From assembly GCF_009914755.1 (NCBI RefSeq), contig NC_060931.1: a stretch of 64,000 bases of DNA. One strand, given 5' to 3'. The notes beneath the pieces were generated by a model. That model had not been told where the DNA came from. It saw only the letters and a list, made by a program, of their open reading frames with translations, and made no database searches. Positions 55,298 through 64,000 of the stretch are shown in pieces. The stretch comes from the human T2T-CHM13v2.0 reference genome, Homo sapiens. Every line of letters starts with the position of its first letter. Position 1 is the first letter of the stretch. The position numbers were made by a program, and so were the translations under genes.

Positions 55298-56019
55298 CCA
55301 CCCACTCTTGGTGTTGTGTGTTGCCCACCACTCTAGCCCCGTGGCTCTTACCATGTCCTGGCTACAGCCATCCTTAGAATTTCTGCGTGAGTCCCAAGAC
55401 AACAAATACCTGGCTTTGCCTGTGTGCCCCAGAAGCCTTGTTCTGTCCAGTTCTGCACGCTGCCTGACCTGGACGTCGGGTGTCAGAAGGCCCACTCCCT
55501 TACTCTGACCCGGCAGTGTGGGGAAGGAGAAATGCCATTTCTGATTAGATGGAAGAGACATGGCTCTTTTGATGCAGTTAGATTTCACAATAGTAAGACA
55601 TTTGAAATTATTTTCTTGTAGGGTTTTGATTTGTTTTCAGTTAGATTGAAAAATAATGAGGCAAGTGGGGATACTTTTAAGTTCTGCTGCCGTCTGGAGG
55701 GAATTAATTTGTCCCTTTGTAATTGAAGATTAGATCCAAAGATGATTTTTAGCTGGAGGCCTTCTTAAGGCATGTTGAAATCTTGCCAATCAAACATTTT
55801 AAGTGTTTTTTTTCTTTTTTTGAATTTCTTTTTTGTTATTTTCTGGCTGATTGAGGCACAGACAGATGGAGTTTTTTCTAATGGTCTGGCTGATGCCTGG
55901 AAATAATATGCCTTTTCTTTTTCTCCTGAGTAATAAAAACAATACCAACATGTCTTCTTTGTGTGGGATAACGGATCAGTTGGAGTAAATGCTAGAAGTT
56001 ATTGGGGAGGTGGAGTGGA

Positions 56020-56240
56020 GTGGAGTCAGGGTCCAGGTTCTGGAGCTGGACTGCCTAGGTGTGAGACTGTGCTGCTTATAAGCTGTGTGACCTTGGGCAA
56101 ATTACTTAATCTCTCTATTTTCACATTTTCTCTTCTAAAAAAGGAGGATGGCAATGAGACATCTCTTGGGTTGATGTGAAGATTAAAAATATTTATAACT
56201 CAGAACAATGTCCTGGTACATTATAAGCATAATAATAATC
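56020..56240 (+). mobile_element. MIR
   Basis: agctgtgtgaccttgggcaaattacttaatctctct. Confidence 0.75.
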
Positions 56241-56379
56241 ATCTTAAGCATGTTATTTCCTTTCTGGGAAATAGTATAATTAGTGGAAGAGTCTAACCAC
56301 CTTTTTGTAAGAGCTCTGAGCATTGAAGGCATGTAGAAGAGCAGCTAGCTGGCTCCATAACTTGACACTTTTTGATAAT

Positions 56380-56590
56380 AACTGATGTGCATTGAGAATT
56401 TTGTGTGTGCCAAACACTTCACAAAATATTTCGGCTGTGCCAGCCACGTCATCCCCCCACTAGCCCCATGAGGTGGGTACCGCTCTTGTTCACACAGAGG
56501 AGGGCACTGACATTTACTGGGCTTCTGTGCATCTCCCAAGGTTACAAACACAATGAATGGCAGAGCAGGGACCAAATCTAGATTTAAATG
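56380..56590 (-). mobile_element. MIR
   Basis: tgtgtgccaaacact; ccccatgaggtgggtac; cccaaggttacaaac...gaatggcagagc. Confidence 0.6.
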
Positions 56591-57065
56591 ACATCAGAAC
56601 ATTTGCTGATAACAATAATCCCCAATGGCCTCTTTTGTGCAGTCAACAACAAATGACCTATTGGGAAATTTAGGAATAACCCTAAAAAATCATTCCTAAC
56701 CCATCCTCTAACCTGACTTGCCCTCCAAGTGATGCCCGATTTTCTGTCTAGTTAAGTTTCATTAAAGAAATTACAAAAAAGGGACCAGATTGCTCTCATT
56801 GGAATAATGATGTAATGTGTGAGAACATGGTGGCATACAGTACCTAGGCAGCATTCACTTATTCATTTACTCAATAAACATTTATGCATCATCTGCGGGC
56901 TGTAAGCTCTGGCCAAGGGTAGGCAAAGAGGGATGACAATTGATATCTGCTCTGTGGTACCTTCAGTTTAGCGGGACCTTCCTCATCTGCAGTAATATCT
57001 GCAACAGAGGCCAGATTCTAACGAACTTGAGAAATAAGAATTTTGGTCATTTCTTTCTGAAGCGC

Positions 57066-57441
57066 TGTTACCGGTGGAGGGTGTCCAGGTTCTTGGCATC
57101 TTGAACAAAGAACTGGACAAAACGCACAAACAAAGCAAGGAAGGAATGAAGGGATTTACTGAAATTGAAAGTATGCTCCACAGTATGGGAGTGCACCCCA
57201 GCATAGGGGCTCAAGGGCCCCATTGCAGAATTTTGTGGAGTTTAAGTACCCTCTAGAGGTTTCCACTGGTTACTCGGTATACGCCCTATGTACACCAAGT
57301 ACATCCCTGGGAGAGGATGAAGTGGTAAACTTACAAAGTCATTTCCTCGGGGTGCTCCCTATGGAGAGGATATCTCCTGTCATAGCTGAAGTGTGAATCA
57401 GCCTTAGGTTCCGTGCCTCCAGACCCTATTTTCCTGCCTCA
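57066..57441 (-). mobile_element. ERV1 solo LTR, MER51A-like
   Basis: tgttaccggtggagggtgtccaggttcttggcatcttgaacaaagaa ... cctccagaccctattttcctgcctca; TSD gcgc/gcac. Confidence 0.85.
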
Positions 57442-57487
57442 GCACTGCAACCTAAGTCAAGTTTCCCCCAAATTGTACTGAACATAA

Positions 57488-57850
<363 letters not shown>

Positions 57851-58419
57851 AAGTACAATGGTTCTTTTCCTTTTACATTTTAGATTTCGGAATGGGCAGC
57901 ATTCTTGTATGGTTGGGTGTGTTCCCTCAAGCAGAACCATTTAAGGCTGCCTGAGAAGTTACTTCTGCTTAAATATTCCATTTTCCCTCTCAGAGATGGT
58001 TTCACTCCAGACACTTGAGTCTTAAGCTGAGACCATGGAGAAGCTTTAATTGTGGGGTTTAAAACAGATCTTCAGCTTCATGAACACGAGTGCTCTGGCC
58101 AGCTTAGGGGGGCCAGGAAGCCCCCAGGAGGGGCAGCCACGCTGGCTGGTTTGTTTGATGGCCTTGAGAAATGCCACCTGCTTTGCTCCTGAGTATGGCT
58201 GCCATGCTACAGTATATTTCACAAGAAACTAGGTCCAGTGCCCCTCAGTCTACAGGCTTCATTTCAGAATATTCTCTTTGGAGCTTTCTTAGCAAGGCTA
58301 ATTATTTCATAAAGTGTTAGGAAAAATCATAGCCCATTGATTTGTAAAAGTGTGTGAGGCTGAGCTCCTGGAGGAAATTTATCTAATTCCTGCAGGAAAT
58401 GGAGAGATATTGGTCACCT

Positions 58420-58705
58420 GGTACAAAGGTTCAGTTGTATGATGAACAAGTTCTGGGATCTAACATGCAGCACAGTGACTCCATTTAATCATACTGTATT
58501 GTATACTTGAGATTTGCTATGAGAATAGATCTTAAATATTCTCACTACACTCACAAAAAATGTGAGGTGATGGATAGGTTAATTAGCTTGATCATGGTGA
58601 TTATTTAACAATGTATATATCTATCAAAACATCATGTTGTACACTGTAAATATATTTAATTTCTATTTGTCTATCATAGCTCAATAAAAATAGAAAAAAA
58701 ATTTA
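58420..58705 (+). mobile_element. L1MA 3' end
   Basis: gatgaacaagttctgggatctaa...gtattgtatacttgagatttgct...gtgaggtgatggataggttaattagcttgat...caataaaa. Confidence 0.8.
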
Positions 58706-59688
58706 AAAATGTCTGCAAATTCAGTGGACACAAGAAGAGACTCAGGAGTTGTCAAGTCAAATAAGCAGATATTTTGATCTGAAAGCAAGCGTAAAGGTGA
58801 CCCTAACTCATGTATTTGCTAAGAGTTGCTCCTAGTGAATGGGCACCAACTTGAGTCAGATGCAGGAGAAACCTCCTTCCTCTGATACTCTGTCCAGCAG
58901 AGCCCAATAGTGGATTCTGGAAAGTTAGCAACAGGTAAAAGTTCCAAGCCTGCAGCTTGAAAACATCCTTATTTGGTTTCCTTTCCTCTTTTCCCAACTT
59001 TCTTCCTAATCCCACCCAAATTTATTCTTTCTGTGTTTCAGACTTTCATTCACTCATTCATTCACTCACTCATTCCATAGCAAGAGGGCAGACTTTATTT
59101 TCTGGGTTGGTTTTGACTGAGCCCTGTGCTCTAGCCCATGGGCTGGTAATGGATGCGCTACCAAAAAAGTGTCTCATTGGTCATGTATGTTCTAGAATCT
59201 CCAGGTTGATTACAGTTACACACATTTCTTTGCTGGAGAGCCTCTTGGAGCCTTTAATATGCTGATGAGTGTTGTCAGTCTCTAAGAGGAGGCTACTATA
59301 AACCATTTTGCAAACTCAGGGTTTTCCTTGCCACTCCTCTGGGGGCGCCGGGCACACGGCAGTCTGTCTTCCCCAGAGTTGTGCAGCAGATGGCCTGCAT
59401 GGATACACTTGAGGCTCTGCTCCTTAGCCCTTTATTGCTCAACTGTTTTGTGCTTGTTTTTTATTTTACCTGTAACATGGATATGTATAATAAAAAAGCA
59501 AGACATTCATTCTGTTCACTCTCCCAATTCATTTCCAGAATTCATACAATCAATTCTGCTATAAGCATTCCTAAAAGTTACCATGTTATGCAAAATTGTG
59601 CAGTAAAAGCGACAGGGCTTCCATGAGAAATGAGTTAGAGGAATAACACTCAAAACTATCAGTGACATGTTAAGAAATATGGCGCTTA

Positions 59689-59985
59689 GGCCGAGTGCGG
59701 TGGCTCACGCCAGTAATCCCAGCACTTTGGGAGGCTGAGGTGGGCGGATCACGAGGTCAGGAGATCAAGACCATCCTGGCTAACATGGTAAAATCCCATC
59801 TCTACTAAAAATGTAAAAAATTAGCCGGGTGTGGTGGCGGACGCCTGTAGTCCCAGCTACTCGGGAGGCTGAGGCAGGAGAATGGCATGAACCCAGGAGG
59901 CTGGAGTTTGCAGTGAGCTGAGATCGCACCACTGCACTCCAGCCTGAGTGACAGAGTGAGACTCCATCTCAAAAAAAAAAAAAAA
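59689..59985 (+). mobile_element. AluY
   Basis: ggatcacgaggtcaggagatcaagaccatcctggctaac; gagaatggcatgaacc; TSD atggcgctta/atggcactta. Confidence 0.92.
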
Positions 59986-60088
59986 ATGGCACTTAATAAA
60001 AACAGTAGCTCAATTGTTTACATGTTAAATGGTTTAGGAATACAACATGCTACGATCAATATGGCACTTTTAAAAAGCTTGAATGTTG

Positions 60089-60391
<303 letters not shown>

Positions 60392-60962
60392 TCAGAAAGA
60401 TTTCAGTTTGTGAATGATCGTGAAGTGGTGGAAGGGAGGGTCCTCTGATGTGGAAGGACAGTTGTGACACCAAATGTGGATGGATGGAGCCTGTAACAAT
60501 GGTGTGAGCTGAGGCAGCCAGGAGATTCTTGAGAGGGTGTGTGCGCACACGTGCGTGTCCTGTGTGTTCCTCTCGTGCTTGGTTAAGCTGGGAGCAGATT
60601 TCTGCAGATATTTTGTGTTTCTGGTGGACAAAATCACAAAATAAGCAAATGCAAAATTCTCATTATGTTCAAATTGTTCCCTAATATGTCAAACACATTG
60701 GAACAAATGTGCATTTTTAAGACAAGGATTTAAGACAAGCAGAACTGAATATAGTGTTAATATTTCAGAGTGTTTCTTGCGCTGAACACGTCCACACACA
60801 CGGCCTTCTTCTTTTCCTTAAATAGCATTATTCCACACTTATGTAACTTATATTTATTTGCTTACTTATAGCATGGCTTTTTTCTCTTCCAGGATATGTA
60901 GCTCTGTCTTAATTTTTTTCTATGTGGTTTAGTTTCCCAGGGCATATATGTGCTATAATTAA

Positions 60963-61479
<517 letters not shown>

Positions 61480-61599
61480 AACATTTTTCCCTTCTGATAG
61501 TCACTTAAGTTTTTACCATTTATTTATTTTACTGTTATAAGTTGCAGTGAAGACTATTCTTTAAGACTATTATTTAAGAAAGAATAATCTTCCGTGAAG

Positions 61600-64000
<2,401 letters not shown>

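Overview
This is primate, most likely human, non-coding genomic DNA: it carries AluY/S/J, L1PA/L1PB/L1M, THE1/MST/MLT, MER4-group LTRs, MIR, L2 and DNA transposon relics. I can support no cellular protein-coding exon. All ORFs with real protein similarity are broken ORF1/ORF2 pieces of one full-length, minus-strand L1PB-type element (44425-50993). The main non-repeat feature is a promoter-like CpG island (core ~28410-29400) with GC boxes, a CCAAT box and an upstream perfect CRE; I could not assign it to a gene. Other notable items: a perfect interstitial telomeric tract (CCCTAA)10 at 1120-1179; a 35-nt U2 snRNA retrocopy with target-site duplication (TSD) inside an MST LTR; a ~236-bp ~94%-identical inverted duplication of apparently non-repetitive sequence (34795-35032 / 36226-36459) whose right arm replaces the 5' tip of a MER4 LTR; an Alu with a triplicated right arm; and several chains of overlapping perfect hairpins that look like snap-back repair scars. 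I see no convincing new biological system. The best unifying theme is a local record of double-strand-break repair and template switching, which is inference and needs a genome-wide background test. Repeat subfamily calls come from recalled consensus features, not an alignment, and coordinates are hand-counted.
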